Source: Negaprion brevirostris
Taxonomy: Eukaryota
Assembly: GCA_030324005.1 (NCBI GenBank)
Contig: JARDVH010000132.1
Coordinates: forward strand, 73,930,919-73,994,918
Length of the DNA stretch: 64,000 nt
Reading direction: 5' to 3'
Each line of letters starts with the position of its first letter. Within the stretch, counting starts at the first letter, position 1. The notes beneath the pieces are model-generated. The model was not told the DNA's origin, ran no database searches, and saw only the letters and a list, made by a program, of their open reading frames with translations. Below are positions 23,845 through 37,474 of this stretch, piece after piece. Position numbers and translations under genes: made by a program.

Positions 23845-24194
23845 NNNNNNNNNNNNNNNNGTCCCAGGGACACTTTTGAAGGATGAGAGAGGTCTGCTGA
23901 GCAGCTGATGTTAAATATTAGAGGGAAAACAAAATCATCGTCAGAGAGTTGCTCAGGCATGTTTTCAAAGAATGAAAAGGTAAATAAGGTAATGTAGTTT
24001 AAATGGAATCCCAAAGTGATTGACAGTTTCTGATGATGAATGGTGAATTGTAATCCATATTCAAAGTAGTAGAGGTTCAGGTTAGGACATACTGATGAAA
24101 AGGCTTCTCCAATGCAGTGCAGCAAAACCCACAGAAGGCTTTGAACTTGATGACACAGACTTTTAAGTTGATCTGCTGAGGTTGTGTATGTTAC

Positions 24195-24582
24195 CCAATC
24201 CACCACACAAATCAGTCTCCCATCCATTGGTTGCCGACACTTCCTGCTGTCTTGGAAAAGCAGCCAGCATAATTAAGAACCCCACACACCCGGACATTCC
24301 TCTTCCACCTTCTTCCGTTGGAAAAAGATATAAAAGTCTAAGGTAGCGTATCAACTGACTCAAGAAGTTTCATCCCTGCTGCTGTCAGACTTTTGAATGG
24401 ATGTGCTTGCATTAAGTTGAGCTTCCCTACAACCCAGCTATGACTGTACCACTACATTCTGCACTCTCTTGTTTCCTTCTCTATGAATGGTGTGCTCTGT
24501 CTGTATAGCGCGCAAGAAACAATACTTTTTACGTTATGCTAATAACCCTAATATATGTGACAATAATAAATCAAAATCAAAA
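24195..24582 (+). mobile_element. Rex1/Babar-type LINE 3' end
   Basis: Remnant of KAASIIKNPTHPGH.LF.LLP.GKRYKSL..R.N.LK.SF.PAAVRLLN, with tail atgtgacaataataaatcaaaatcaaaa. Confidence 0.7.
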
Positions 24583-26479
24583 AGGGACACATGGGCCAAA
24601 ATTTGCGCTGAAAGTTACATGGACAACAGGTTTTTGGATTCATCAGTGTCTTTACAAAAATAAAGGTCAACAAGGGTCATACTTGAGAAGTTGATTCTTG
24701 ATTTAAATGAGGTGTGGATTAGGGTTTCTACGGCGACAGGACAGAGGTGAGCACAATGGGCACTGTTTCAGAGGTTAGTAACATTCCTGATTACATGATC
24801 ATCATACATTCATCCTGTATAAGTTACACATATATGTATAATGTATAATGCTATACATATATGTATAATGCTACACATTTTTAAAACATTCCTTTCAAAA
24901 GTGTGCATATATCTGACATGTATGTTTTCTTGGGTACTGATGACTGAAGTAATGTTGATGATACAAAATCTGGTGACACAAAGTATTTGCATGCACAATA
25001 AAAGTTCTCCTGACATTGCTTGGCTTGATCAGGGGAAAAAAAATGAAACCAAGATATTTCTAGATGACTCCATGCTTGTGTTCAATGCAGAAAATGACAA
25101 ATGAACCATAAGGAAAATCGAAGAGAACATTGCCAGAATATTTTCTTTGAAACTACGTATCTGAGTTCCTTAGGAATTGAACAGAGTTTATTATGCCATT
25201 ACATTTTTTTCGTAAAGCAAAAAAATCATAAAGCAATACAAGAAATCCATGAACCCTTCAAATTGCTCAAAGCCTTAGCTGAGGAAAATTAAACAACAAT
25301 GAGATATACATTATTAATCCAAATGCTACTTTGTGGCCATATAAAACCAAAACATACATGATAAATACAAAATTACAAAAATTTAGAAAATTTCTCAGAA
25401 ACAGCAGAAAAAATACTGTCCATCATTTACAGATGTCCCTCAATATTGTCTCTTTTTTTGCTACATTAGATTTCTAGATGGCCATCTTCAGGCAGATGCA
25501 GTAATTTGCTTTGCCTCCATCTTGTTTTGAGGACTCCTCAACACAATACCTGGTTCACCTGGCACAAACCTGGAGATGAAATGATGGCACTACGCACGAC
25601 ATATTGCGTAACCATAGGGAAAAGTTTTAAGCTCAATGTTGTAATGTCATCAAGTTATTATTACTGAAATAAAATCCGTGCCTAAAGTATTGTAACAACA
25701 AACAAAATGGTTTTTGACACAAAGTTCTACACATAAATACAGTAACGGTGTCACTATCAGGATGTTGTTGGAATTGCCATTATTGGTACTAGGGCTTTTT
25801 GGTTATTGTTTGGGGACTTAGTGGGAAAGGTATTTTAAAGTATTTGACCCTGATATGAACAATGAAAAATCTAATATACAGCTTGGGATAAAAGCAACTA
25901 AGTGAGAAGAATCACCATGCGTGAGTGTAGATAGCACAAGGTACAGGTTGATGTCCATTAGGTGTAAAATATACCAAATTAGCAAGTGAGGTGACCTGTG
26001 TTCAATCTATGCATATGTTGGCCTCACTGTTATATTCATGAGCCTCTTATAAAGTGTGCTGACCAGACCCGTAAACAACCCGTCTGAAATATAGAATGTA
26101 CTGATTATGTTAATCTGATTCAAAGGTCCATTCCCATTGTCCCAAGGAGCCCTTCCTCCACTGTGAGCTGGATCTGACTACTTTCTAGGTCCACATGTCC
26201 ACAAGCTATTTGACTTTGGCAGCTATCACAACCTAGTCCGATCTTTTACTCAGTTGGTGTCCACAAGAGTGCTGCAACACCAACACTGATAGCTGATAGA
26301 AGGAAACTCAACAGAGCATAGATCAAACCTAAAAAGTTTCTAGTCAGTTGGTTTCTGCTTCACATGTGCGGAAACACTGGACGAAATTTGACTCTTCAGA
26401 ACTCATTATTTTGCTGTGTTTAGCAAGCTGAGAAACACTAATGTTTGGTATCTATTCACTGAATCAGATCATGTAAAAT

Positions 26480-26999
26480 GGGTGGAATTCCCCCCAATCC
26501 ACTGTGTAAATTTCAGGGGTGAAACTGCCCCAGTTCTGGTGAAACACCAATATAACAGTAGGTGGCCATTGTTAGGACTGCATCCAGTTTCCAATGGAGT
26601 TCAATGCAGCTGCCAGATATTCAGGTGATTCACTATGGGGGTCATTTGAGGGAGGATGGGGAGGAAGGGGCTGTGGGAAGTATCACCAGGGTCAAGTTGG
26701 CAAACCTAAGCAAAGGGATTTCAAGGACATGGGGGGGTTGGGTGGACAGGTCAGGGTGGGAGGTCAAACATGTGGTGGTGGTGGTTGGTGACTAGGGGGG
26801 CGGGGGGTGGATGGAATGTAAATTTCAACCCAGTGTGTGTGAACAAATCCCACCAATGCCCNNNNNNNNNNCAACATCATATTCAGAAACGCAACTCATC
26901 TTGTGAAAAGCGTTCTGAAACAGGCCGCTTCTTTGCACTGGATCCCATAATACATCCAATCACAGATCTGAAATTCGCATTGCTGGAAAACTCTGCTAC
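26480..26999. mobile_element. Non-autonomous Harbinger-type element
   Basis: gggtggaattcccc...ggaaaactctgc ends around a G-rich core. Confidence 0.45.
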
Positions 27000-29698
27000 A
27001 AGCTTTGTGTAAAAAAAATAGAACAGGGTCCCTGAAAATACTACTAAAAGACAAGGGAGTATTTAGGATGAGTCATCCAAATCTGAACACTCTTAGTACT
27101 TGTTCCACGTGAACCAGGCATGATTGCACTTGATGCGAACTACAAGGAATAGAATTTAAGAAGAGAATCAGAAAGAGCAAGACAACAGATCCATCCATAT
27201 ATTAATATCCCAAAGTCACATCATGGAAATTCAGATTAAAGTTGACCATTGACCCTTTTATATATATTCTATATATGATAAGCATGGATGCAAGTGTTCT
27301 GTCAGTTACAACATCAAATTAGTGCGATTTCACTTTAGGACATGTTTCCAGCTATGAAGTAAGGTTGCTCAATCCCAAAATGGGATTTCACCATGACTAT
27401 ATGAAAGCTTTCCCCTCAGCAGAAAGGAGGTAATAAGGAAATGTGGGGAGTTTTTTAGACTTAGATATACTTTCAGCACTGTATGATAGCACTTCATGCA
27501 AGATTTATGCTCGCAGACTCTTTCTTTTGTCAAATTACCCAATGGTAATTTTCAAAAAGAGAACTGGATATATACTTGAAAAGGAACAAATATTCAAGAC
27601 TGCAGAAGAGCAGGAAAGTGGAGCTCCAAGATGCAGCATAGACATGATGAACCCGAATGGCCCCTTTCTGTGCTGTAAGATGCTTTGATTCTGTTAAACC
27701 AGTTGTCCAAATAGAAAGAAAAATGACCATAACCAAGTTGTGTTCCTGTTGAGGTGCACATTCCAAATCTGCACTGTTGTATAGTTTAGGCAAAAACCAC
27801 TATTCCTGACTGCTTCTCATATATGGGCAGTAATGAAGGGTTCCCAGCCACAATGTTAACTGTACTCTTTTCAGATACTGATGACCCTGCTGCCTATTTT
27901 GGTTTATGAGTTTTCATATATAAACAAGTTTTGTTGATTATTGGAAACTGCTAGTTGGTAGGGGTTATAGGAATTCACAATTCAAAAACCTAGCAGTCAT
28001 TGCCAGATTGTACTCATCAATGAAGTCCCAGTGAAGTAACCATTCCTTGCTTCTACCCTCTGAACCCAGAACATAGAGATGGACTAGAATAAAGTGGAGG
28101 TAAAAACTGAGCAAAATAAGAAAAATGTCACTGTGTACTGGTGAATTGGATAGGAACAGACTTGAAGCATTAAAATTACATTACTCATAACCTATTATTG
28201 TCCTTTTTTGACCGATTATTGCATATGTATTATTTTACTACAGTGAAGTTCAAGTTTTCTGGTTTTTGATAATGGTTTACTCCAGATTAATTCTCAAATA
28301 TACAGAGGACTTGACAATATTCAAATCAAAGGCTTCTTTATCTGGACGAATCATAGATTTTAAGTATTTTTTTCAAAAGCCCAGAGGATATTTTCAGAGT
28401 TCAGTGATCAGGGATTAAAAGCTGCACAAATTTCTTAGTTTCAGTTCATCATTCTGAAAGGATATTGAGGTGAAACAAATGCTTAGTGACACATGTTCTT
28501 TATATCTTAAATACAAAGATATTTAGGCTCCTAAAGTGATGCAGAATAGTCAGCTTTCTTATGAGAAGAGGCAAATGTAGATTTCTTCTCACAGCTGGAC
28601 TTAGCACTGGTTACTGATTGAAGAAAATACAAAGCTTCAAAAAGTCAAGAGAAATATCTCACACATCCGATGATTAGAACAAGGACAGAAATTAATCCTA
28701 GGTATATCTGTAACTTTGCCATTGTTATTCTGCCAGAAGTGATATAGAACGCATTTTTTGACAAATTTGGCATGCTTTCACATGTACACGTTCCGCGGTC
28801 TAAATATACCATCAGTACACTGGTGTAACTTTCAGGTATAGTACTCCAATTGCTATAGTGAAAAATTGCAATCAGAAAAAATGCAGTCATATGTGTGAGT
28901 GAGAGTCTTGATTTGATGAAAGGTTGTTTGATTTTGAGGACACTTTCCACTAGCATGGTTACTTACCAAGAACAACATTGAAATTATGCTGAATTATATT
29001 AGAGTAGGAAAGTTTAATGTGTTCATATCAAAATCTTCTGTCTAGCTGTTAACGTGTTTAAAATAAATGGGTTTATCTCTGTTGAGACAGTTGATATGAA
29101 TGTCCATATGCTAACACTGCTCAGTATAGCTCATGTGTTCTAAGCACCATCAAAAGGCAACTTGTCCTTTTTGCCAAGGTTGTATTCTTGTCATGGGTAT
29201 CATGTCTGGGCTATTTCAGTGCCTGGATTTGTGGGTGCAAATGAAATATTACCCCTGGATAGGTTATATTAGGTAGGTTTCCATTGATCTCAAAATCTTT
29301 TGCATAAAAATTTCCTTTAACAAGCTGTAGGTGAATAATCTTTTTACCAATTCCTAAAGTGTACAATTGCTTATAGTATAACTACAGCATAAGCTACATC
29401 CTAAGCAGTAAATGTTTTGAGTTGTCTATTCATTGTCCTGAAATACTACCTGGACTGAGAGCAATACTTCAAATTTCTTCAATAAACCCTCTGTTTAAAA
29501 GAATTTACAGAAAAGGAGACTGCAGCAGAAGCTTCAGCATATTCTAGTATTCATATATTTTTAACAAATATGACACAGCAGTAAAATGCTTGACTGTATA
29601 TTAATGTGTACCCTGACAAAAAAAGTACTATGTACCTACTCAGATATAGATTCTTAAAGAGTGTTGGCTGTGTTAACACAGCAATATTAGATATGCAA

Positions 29699-29709
29699 TT
29701 TATTTTATT
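29699..29709 (-). promoter_or_regulatory. Overlapping double polyadenylation signal AATAAAATAAA
   Basis: Plus strand tttattttatt, about 420 nt downstream of the ETV1 stop codon. Confidence 0.5.
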
Positions 29710-29957
29710 ACTGATATCAGCAGATTTCTTGTAAGTTTGACTTAGTAAGTTTTTAGCTGATATGAAACAAAAATCCATATGATAGCATCAATCAAACCAT
29801 TTAAATGTCTGTAATTCCCAACCCACCCATCCCTCCCTACCCATCAAAAAAAAGCATGAAGGCTAAAATGAAAACCATATCCTCCCCTCCCCCACCAGCC
29901 CAGCTCCCCACCCCACTCTGAAAAACAAAACATTTAGAACTCTAATGAGTCTTTTTA

Positions 29958-29965
29958 TAAAGTGC
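29958..29965 (-). promoter_or_regulatory. miR-17/20/93/106 family 8mer seed match (GCACUUUA) in the ETV1 3' UTR
   Basis: Plus strand taaagtgc = GCACTTTA on the mRNA strand, about 165 nt after the stop codon. Confidence 0.55.
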
Positions 29966-30129
29966 ACTGTCCCTGGCTTTGGACCATGGGGTTAATGCGA
30001 CAGGAACGTGTGGACCCACTGCTCGATGTCAGAGATGCTGAAGAGATGAAGTAAATCCTGGGTCACGGTCTACAGAGGAAAATAATAGAGACAAAGGAAA
30101 CACGGAGTGACTGCCCCAAAATGGTTGCA

Positions 30130-30351
30130 TCAGTACACATAGGCTTCATTGTATGGATGGGGATTGCAACAGCCACTATCTTGTATATAGGCCATGTTCT
30201 CATCAAAGTGGGAGAGAGGGACAGTGTCCTCTTCGTTGATGTGACGCTCGATATCAGTTTTCAGCACTGGCCTCTGGTTGTCCGGGAAAGCCATTGAGAA
30301 AAGCGCTTCTGGATCACAGACAAATTTATACACATATCTTTCTCCAGCAAC
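30130..30351 (-). CDS. ETV1: ETV1 last coding exon: VAGERYVYKFVCDPEALFSMAFPDNQRPVLK...CCNPHPYNEAYVY-stop
   Basis: tttcccttcttgcag|GTTGCTGGAGAA, TGA at 30130-30132. The C-terminus CCNPHPYNE.YVY is characteristic of ETV1 rather than ETV4/ETV5. Confidence 0.96.
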   Translation of the reverse strand, partial: VAGERYVYKFVCDPEALFSMAFPDNQRPVLKTDIERHINEEDTVPLSHFDENMAYIQDSGCCNPHPYNEAYVY

Positions 30352-30999
30352 CTGCAAGAAGGGAAAGAAACATTTTCCCGTAAAGGTTAACTATTCAAAA
30401 CAAATCAAAAGCACAGTTAAGCTGAAGTAGCTAATTGGCTAAAATTGTTTGCCAGTCCCAGTGGCTGGAATTTTCCACACCATCAGCGCCCGCCCCCCCC
30501 TTCCACCAACATGAAAGGCTAAAAAATTTCACTCCTACAGTTTGAAACCTTAATATTAAAAGGTTAAAAATTAACTTCAAACACTAGGAGGATTTTACTA
30601 ATGAGTTATTTTTTTCTATGAAATTATTAGAAGGTTTCATTAGTGATTGCAGGATAGGACAAACCAGACATGTTAATGATCTGAATTTTTTCTTTATTGT
30701 ATAACCTGGGGAACATTTAAATACCCAGCGGATATGGGGGATTAATTATTCTGCTCATCTACATAGTACAAAAATGCTAATTCAATTAGAGATACTAACA
30801 GGTTCATTGTAATTTTTCCTGCAGTGTTACATTTATGGGGTTTATAAGAATGTTGGCCTGAATTCTCTGGCCGTTCACACTGGCAGTGCACCCCTGCCCA
30901 TGGGTTTCCCGCAGCTGTAGGGTTATGGCAAAGGGTATTCTCATTGACAGCGGGATCAAAGGAAAGCTTAGGTTGTTTCACTGAGAAACTTGGAGATAA

Positions 31000-31778
31000 T
31001 GGCAACAGCCTATGTATTAACAATGGAGAATGCATCTTCAAAGTCCACGAAAATTGATGAAAGAATATTGGGTTATAAGCATTAAATTGGCTTTAAACTG
31101 TCCATTTACTTTCAATATGAAAGAGAGTTGGGTGTTCAAGGGTAGCTAATTAGCCTTTCTTCTCATGTACATGGCTAATGTGTTCATGCTAACATGGGGA
31201 GGATCATAGAAGTCAAATCTGAGATCAGGTTACTGGCTGCCCTATAAATCAACGAATATCAAATAGACACCAACTTTGTGTGGCTAGTAGAGAGAAGAGG
31301 TTGTTTCAGCTACCACAGCTTGATGCAGGAGAGAAACAGTTCCTAGTCAGAGAGGTTGATACATAGCCATCTAAAGATTCTGGCAGATTAATTTTGGCAT
31401 GGCCGGGGGGAAGAAGAAAAAGCTTTACTGTTGACAGTGGATTTAAGAAACTCTCCATAAACTGAGGAAAGCATCTGAAGATGGTCACTTGAATTTACTA
31501 CATGTGAAAATGAGGACACAAGAGCCAATTGGAAACTGGGGGAAACTGTGGACTATTTGCCAGAAGTCAAGAGTGCAATATGTGGTAAGTATTAAAAGGG
31601 GAATGTTCTTCTTTGTATTTTAAAGTATGAGCTGCCAAAAAAAAAATTAATTGTGTTTTTAGTTGTTTGTTGCAGTAAAAGGTTTTAAGCGTGAAATCTT
31701 GTATCATTCTTTCAACTATTAACTGGAAGTTTGAATCGTTTTTGAAAAATGTTATCAGTTTCTAGCAAGATTGTAATA
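31000..31778 (+). mobile_element. Possible solo LTR
   Basis: Ends aataaa-like agtaaaag...aaaaatgttatcagtttctagcaagattgtaata, resembling LTR U5 termini. The left boundary is unclear. Confidence 0.3.
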
Positions 31779-31997
31779 ATAGAGGTCCCTCTCTTACCAA
31801 AGCAATTGCCCAGTGAGTGTAACGACTGGGAGGAGCATTGATTGACTCCATAGAAAAAAAGTAGATTGCTGTTTTCCACTACTGGATTCTAATGGGAAAG
31901 CTCAGCAGTAACTAAACCAATATTTAATTTTCCAAGCTTTGGGTTTTGGGAGTAGAAGCCAATTGTGTTTCCATCGTTGAGGCTTCAGAGTGATACA

Positions 31998-32309
31998 TAG
32001 AATAGAATAGAATCCCTACAGTCGAGAAAGAGGCCATTCTGCCCGTTGAGTCTGCACTGACAACAATTCCACCAAGGCCCTACCCCTGTAACCCCACATA
32101 TTTACGCCACTAATCCCTCTAACTTACGCATCCCAGGACACTAAGGAGCAATTTAGAATGGCCAATGCATTTAACCTGCACATCTTAGGACTATGGAGGA
32201 AACCGGGGCACCTGAAGGAAACCCACGCAGACATGGGGGGAGAACGTGCAAACTTCACACAGATAGTGACCTAAGCCTGGAGCTGTGAGGCAGCAGTGCT
32301 AACCACTGT
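31998..32309 (-). mobile_element. HE1 V-SINE
   Basis: Reverse complement: tagaatccctacag...gggaggaaaccgg...acccacgcagaca...gtgaggcagcagtgctaaccactg. Confidence 0.88.
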
Positions 32310-35300
32310 TTTAGAGGACTTCTTGCTTGCTGTAAAGATCTTAAGTGAAATAAGTTTGAGTAGTTAATAGTGGGCATAAAAGCTCTGTTGATTGATATTA
32401 AATTAGGAATCCGCAGTGTCTGTTATCTGGAAATGTCAGAACAGTTTATTTAGGAAATGAGTATGGTTGGGGAGTTATTGTTCAGTGCTTTATATAAAGC
32501 CATCATTAAAAAATGCTGAGCTGAGAAACAGTGAACTCGAAGTGTAAAGGTTTTCTGTTGACAGTCGTTGTTAAAAGTAAAACTGTTCTATTGCCTAAAT
32601 TGACATCTCTCATTTAACATGAAGTTAAATTAAGGCACCAATGAAGTTATCCTTCATTTAAAATCAATGTTTCACTTACTGATTGCTATGGGATCTTATT
32701 TTGTTAAGCAGGGGAATGAAGTGCATAGTTTTTCAGTCAAGACCTCATTCCCACTGTTAGAAACATCAAAAATTATTGCTCAACAATCTGTTGGAGTTTA
32801 ATCAACTGTACCACACTATTATAAGCATTTCTAAGTTTTCCTGTTTTGGCAAATATGAAAATGCACAATTTAAAATTACTGTCGATCTGATATTCATTGC
32901 TTTGTAGGGAAGCCTGGAACCTGATCTTAAAATCAACTTCCTCTGCACTCCTCCCCATGGCAGCATGAAACACAATAGTCATGTATATAAGTTAAATTAA
33001 TTATCACACAACATGCCTGTGGAGTGTTTGCAAGTCACTTGTCCTGAATACACTGCAATGTTTCTAAACATATCTATTCAGACATAACGGGCAGAATTTC
33101 CTCAGTCCNNNNNNNNNNNNNNNNNNNNNNNNNNNGAGTTGGGCTGGCTCCCTAATGCATTAATTGCTGCCAGAAGGAAACTTTCAAGGGATGGCTGGGA
33201 ATATAATTGGTTGGTCATCCTATGGAGGCAGGCAGCCAGTTAAACTGGCCAAGATCCCAATTCAGGGCAATTTTGCAGTTTCGTTGTCATTTGGCTCCAA
33301 CATGTGCCAGATTAAATAGAGGCAACCTAAATGCAGCAGCTGCAGACACAGAGGTCGGAACCTCCGTGCCTCAATGATAGGCTGAAGACAGGAAAGTCCA
33401 CACTTGCAGCCCAATCAATATTCCCGCAGGAGATTTCCCTCAAATCCGAAGAGCTTATCAGTTTTGGCCTGTACGTAGGCTTGGGCAGCCAAATTTAGTC
33501 TTAAAATCAATCACTTAAATATTGTATTCACTTTAATAGGTAATGTCAAGGAAGTAATTTTATCATGAACATGTAGCTTCCTGCAGCCATTCCATATTCT
33601 GTACTTCATTCTGAATTAACTGCATGTATTGATTTTATATTAGAAGCCAGTCATGCAGCAGATGATTATGAAGTAATGAAACTTGATTAAGTTATAATTA
33701 GTGAGCTGAAGTAATGAACAGGTATAATCGAAAGACTGGATTTTATTTTAAATACTGCATAAACTTGAATGTTTCTGGAAAATGCAGTTAGCAGTTCAGG
33801 CAAATGGATCTTTCTAACTTTTGATAAGCTATAGGACACAATTGCCTGGTTTATTGTTCATAATCTGATCTCATTTCAGAAAATTTCAGATTACTAAGTA
33901 AGGAAGCATTTGTCTTCCATGGGTTTATTTTTTAACACAGCTGTTATTAGTCTATGATGTGATTAAAGTCCAATTAATTTAACTCATCAACAGTTGGAAC
34001 CAATCAATAAACTAAGAGAAGACTGACCTAACATGGCATGATGGCCACTAAAAAGGATCATAACGAGACTTTGTTAGGGTTTGTTGCTAGCCAAGATTTG
34101 AAAACATATGTGTACTAATTATGAGTCAATCTCCACAAGTGAATTCAAGATTGAAGAACAGAGACTTGAGAAAATATGGAAGTAATCAACACTTCAAACA
34201 GATTGTGCAACTAACTGAAGTTGTATGTCACTGTCCAAAAGTTTGATAACTATACCATTTCTGTGGTAAACTTTCTGAATTGCTATCCAAATGCTTTACC
34301 TTTATCAGTTAAGTCATGCATAAACTAAATTAATGTGAATTAATTNNNNNNNNNNNNNNNNNNNNNNNNNNNNNNNNNNNNNNNNNNNNNNNNNNNNNNN
34401 NNNNNNNNNNNNNNNNNNNNNNNNTTGATTTTCATCCACACTTCTGGGAGCACCTCCATTTTGAGGCACTCTCATGCTTCCCAAACTGCCTCAGCAGCAC
34501 CCACCTCTCCCTTCGGGGTGACTGAAGCCCCACAGCTGCCAGTCATGTGACTGATCCTGCAGCATCAAAAGCAAGCTCGTGCAGATGGTCAATTATAAAG
34601 CCACCTCTTGGAACATTGTGTCATTGATCTCACTACCAGCAAGCATGGACTCCCCATTGGGTCTTGATGCAGATGTCCTGAAGCAGTAAATTCCAGCCCC
34701 TTTGCTCATTTAGATATCTCTTGCAAGTTTCTTCTCATACTTCCTTTTTTGTGGCTCTTCTATCTGACTTGTCACTTGTTCTTTGTATCTCTTCCATTTG
34801 TCAGGATCTTCGCTGTGCTATGCATTTTTATATATCTTTTCTTTTTTTTTTTGCATGCTGTTTCTTACCTCATTAAACATTGTCTTTTTTTGTGCCAAAA
34901 AGAGCTCTTGTCTCTTTAGGGCATAAACTGATTTTGTGTCACATTGAGTTTTTTGCTGACATCCCTGGCTAATCTTCTGTGAGTTTATGAATGAACAGAT
35001 TTGGGTAGATAATGTAGTCAACCTCTGTCTCTTCTCAATGAAGTCAGCCTTACCCAATTCTTATTTTATGTTTCCCCCTCTCAAGCACTGCTTTGAGTTT
35101 GATCATATTATAATCATTATTAGACTGACAGTCATGGACTGTTACACTGTTAATAAAATTTGGATCACACCTCACTATGTAATCTAAGTAGAGCATTTAT
35201 ACAGAAGATGGCTTAGCATTTTAAAAGCCCCAGCTTACATCTTACTTGATAGATTATAGATGAATACTTGCCTTCAAATTATTTCATTTAAAATAATTTT

Positions 35301-36372
35301 CCAACAATACTCTATTTTCTAAAATCCATAAATATTCTGTACAGTTCAGACAGTCCTGTTTTATTCAGAATCCTTTTTATTTCTCCATACAGATCCATTT
35401 TAAAACTTCTAAACACTCAAACTTTTCAAAATATGTATAAATTGAAGAGGCATAGGTGGAATGTCTATATATGGAGATATATAGAAGGCATATAAGGATA
35501 GTCTTTACAGATTTGTTTCCAAGTTGTCACTTTATCCACTAGAAGCACCCCACAGCAGATGAGTGACAACTTTTAAATTGAAAAACTAAAAGCTGGTTCC
35601 TTTGGTTACTGACTGGCAGTCATCCCACTCATGTTGTGGTAAGTGCTATAGCAACATTGCTGATTTTCACAGGCCAGCACCTTAGGGCTGAAAATGGCAA
35701 CGTTGCAAACCTAAAATGTGCAAATGCCCTGAATTTGGGATTTTGGAAGGGGCAAAAAGGTACATTCATGTGCTGAGTGGAAGTGTTACTCCACTCCAGA
35801 TGCAGTAGAGACATTTTGGGGTTTTACTGTCTAACGTCAATGGTGTTGGCAGGTTGTTTAATTGTGAGGAGATCACTGTCGACCCTGATCGTGTCTTTGT
35901 CTGGATTTCCAATAGGCATGCTTCCAGTAGAAGGAGCTAAGTAAAATATCAGGAGAGGGAAACTTGACCAACTTTCTTCTCGTACATCAGTTATCTCAGC
36001 AAACATCTAACAGATCAAACAGATCATCTGTTGTGTATGATGTAGCTACTGACTAGTTGAACTGCTGGTGAATCCACTATGAATGAAGAAACAATCAGTG
36101 CTCAGGCGAGGCATTTAGATAATCATTTAACATACACGTAAATCCTGAAAATTGAAACAATGCAAATGTAGAGCTTTCTTGTCCCAATAAAAGCAAAAAT
36201 CTTCCTATAGAAGCAATGTTATTCTATGTTATTGCACTGAAATACATTAGGATGCAAGGATTCTTCTCTCTCGCTTCAATGAGCATACCATACACCTGTA
36301 TTTGTCATTTGGATGTTATTCAGCTCGTATTTGAAGATATTATCAGTAAGGTGACTCATGCTTATTGCTTAC

Positions 36373-36474
36373 TTTTTGCATGATGCCCTTCTCATAGTAA
36401 TAGCGCAGTGAGCGGCTCAGCTTGTCGTAATTCATAGCAGGACGATTTTTCTGGATTCCCCACCGTCGTGCTAC
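36373..36474 (-). CDS. ETV1: ETV1 coding exon (102 nt): [37 protein letters not shown] recognition helix
   Basis: ttttctgaatcag|GTAGCACGACGGTGG...ATGCAAAAA|gtaagc. Phase 0/0, with the invariant ETS motif [14 protein letters not shown]. Not in the ORF track. Confidence 0.97.
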
Positions 36475-36899
36475 CTGATTCAGAAAACATTGCCATTAAT
36501 ATATCATTTAGATAAGATGCACACATTTCAACAATAGCTCCATGAAATATAAAACTATCAATATTTCAGGCTAACGTCCTCATGCCATACGGTCCAAAAT
36601 CCACTTTCCAATGAACCTGAGGCTCCCGCACAAAATTGTTCACATCCTGGCAAAAAACTAGTAAACTCATCAAGACAAATTAGAAGATGTGAGAAATGTA
36701 GTCGCCAGTGTAGTATGAAATATCCACATCAGGAATTCAACCACATTGTTGGAACAGCACTAAAAGAAATTTAAAACTGAATCTAAGCCTCTCCAAAATG
36801 GGCTTGCTGCTATCATCAGAGGCAAGGAGGAAAATAACATGATTTTCTACATTGTCACGCTCAACTCGAAGAACATAAATTTCCGAGAAACAGTGAGAG

Positions 36900-37150
36900 A
36901 AGGTTTACTAGGCTGATACCGGAGTTGAGGGGGTTGAGCTGTGAGGAGAGGCTGAATAAACTAGGCTTGTACNNNNNNNNNNNNNNNNNNNNNNNNNNNN
37001 NNNNNNNNNNNNNNNNNNNNNNNNNNNNNNNNNNNNNNNNNNNNNNNNNNNNNNNNNNNNNNNNNNNNNNNNCATGATCTTACTGAATGGCGGGGCAGGC
37101 TCAAAGGGCTAGATGGCCTACTCCTGCTCCTATTTCTTATGTTCTTATGA
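36900..37150 (+). mobile_element. CR1 LINE 3' end (gapped)
   Basis: aggtttactaggctgataccgg...catgatcttactgaatggcggggcaggctcaaagggctagatggcctactcctgctcctatttcttatgttcttatg. Confidence 0.8.
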
Positions 37151-37474
37151 ATAACATAATCTAAATTACATTCTGGATCTCCAGTTACATTCAGATTAAG
37201 CATGTTCATTCAGTAATCGTTGGCCTTACATTGGTGACATGACTTCAGGTGGCTAAATTCCATCTTCTTTAGTCCCTCCCTATAACCCCCTCCAAATTAA
37301 GGTGCTTTTTAATCCATTTCTTTGATCACACTTCTTGTCATTCCATTTAATAGCTTCTGTGGCTCAAATTAGCCAAAGATTTTCTGTTATTACACTTCTG
37401 TAAAGCAGTTTGGGGCAGTTTTCTATATTAAAGATGCTGTATGTAGCAAGTTGTTGCTTTGGTTACATATAATC

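Larger units (their letters stand above)
25170..30129 (-). other. ETV1: Probable ETV1 3' UTR (proximal PAS 29699-29709; candidate distal PAS 25187-25192)
   Basis: Directly follows the stop codon, AT-rich and largely repeat-poor, with AATAAA hexamers on the minus strand. The distal end is inferred. Confidence 0.5.
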
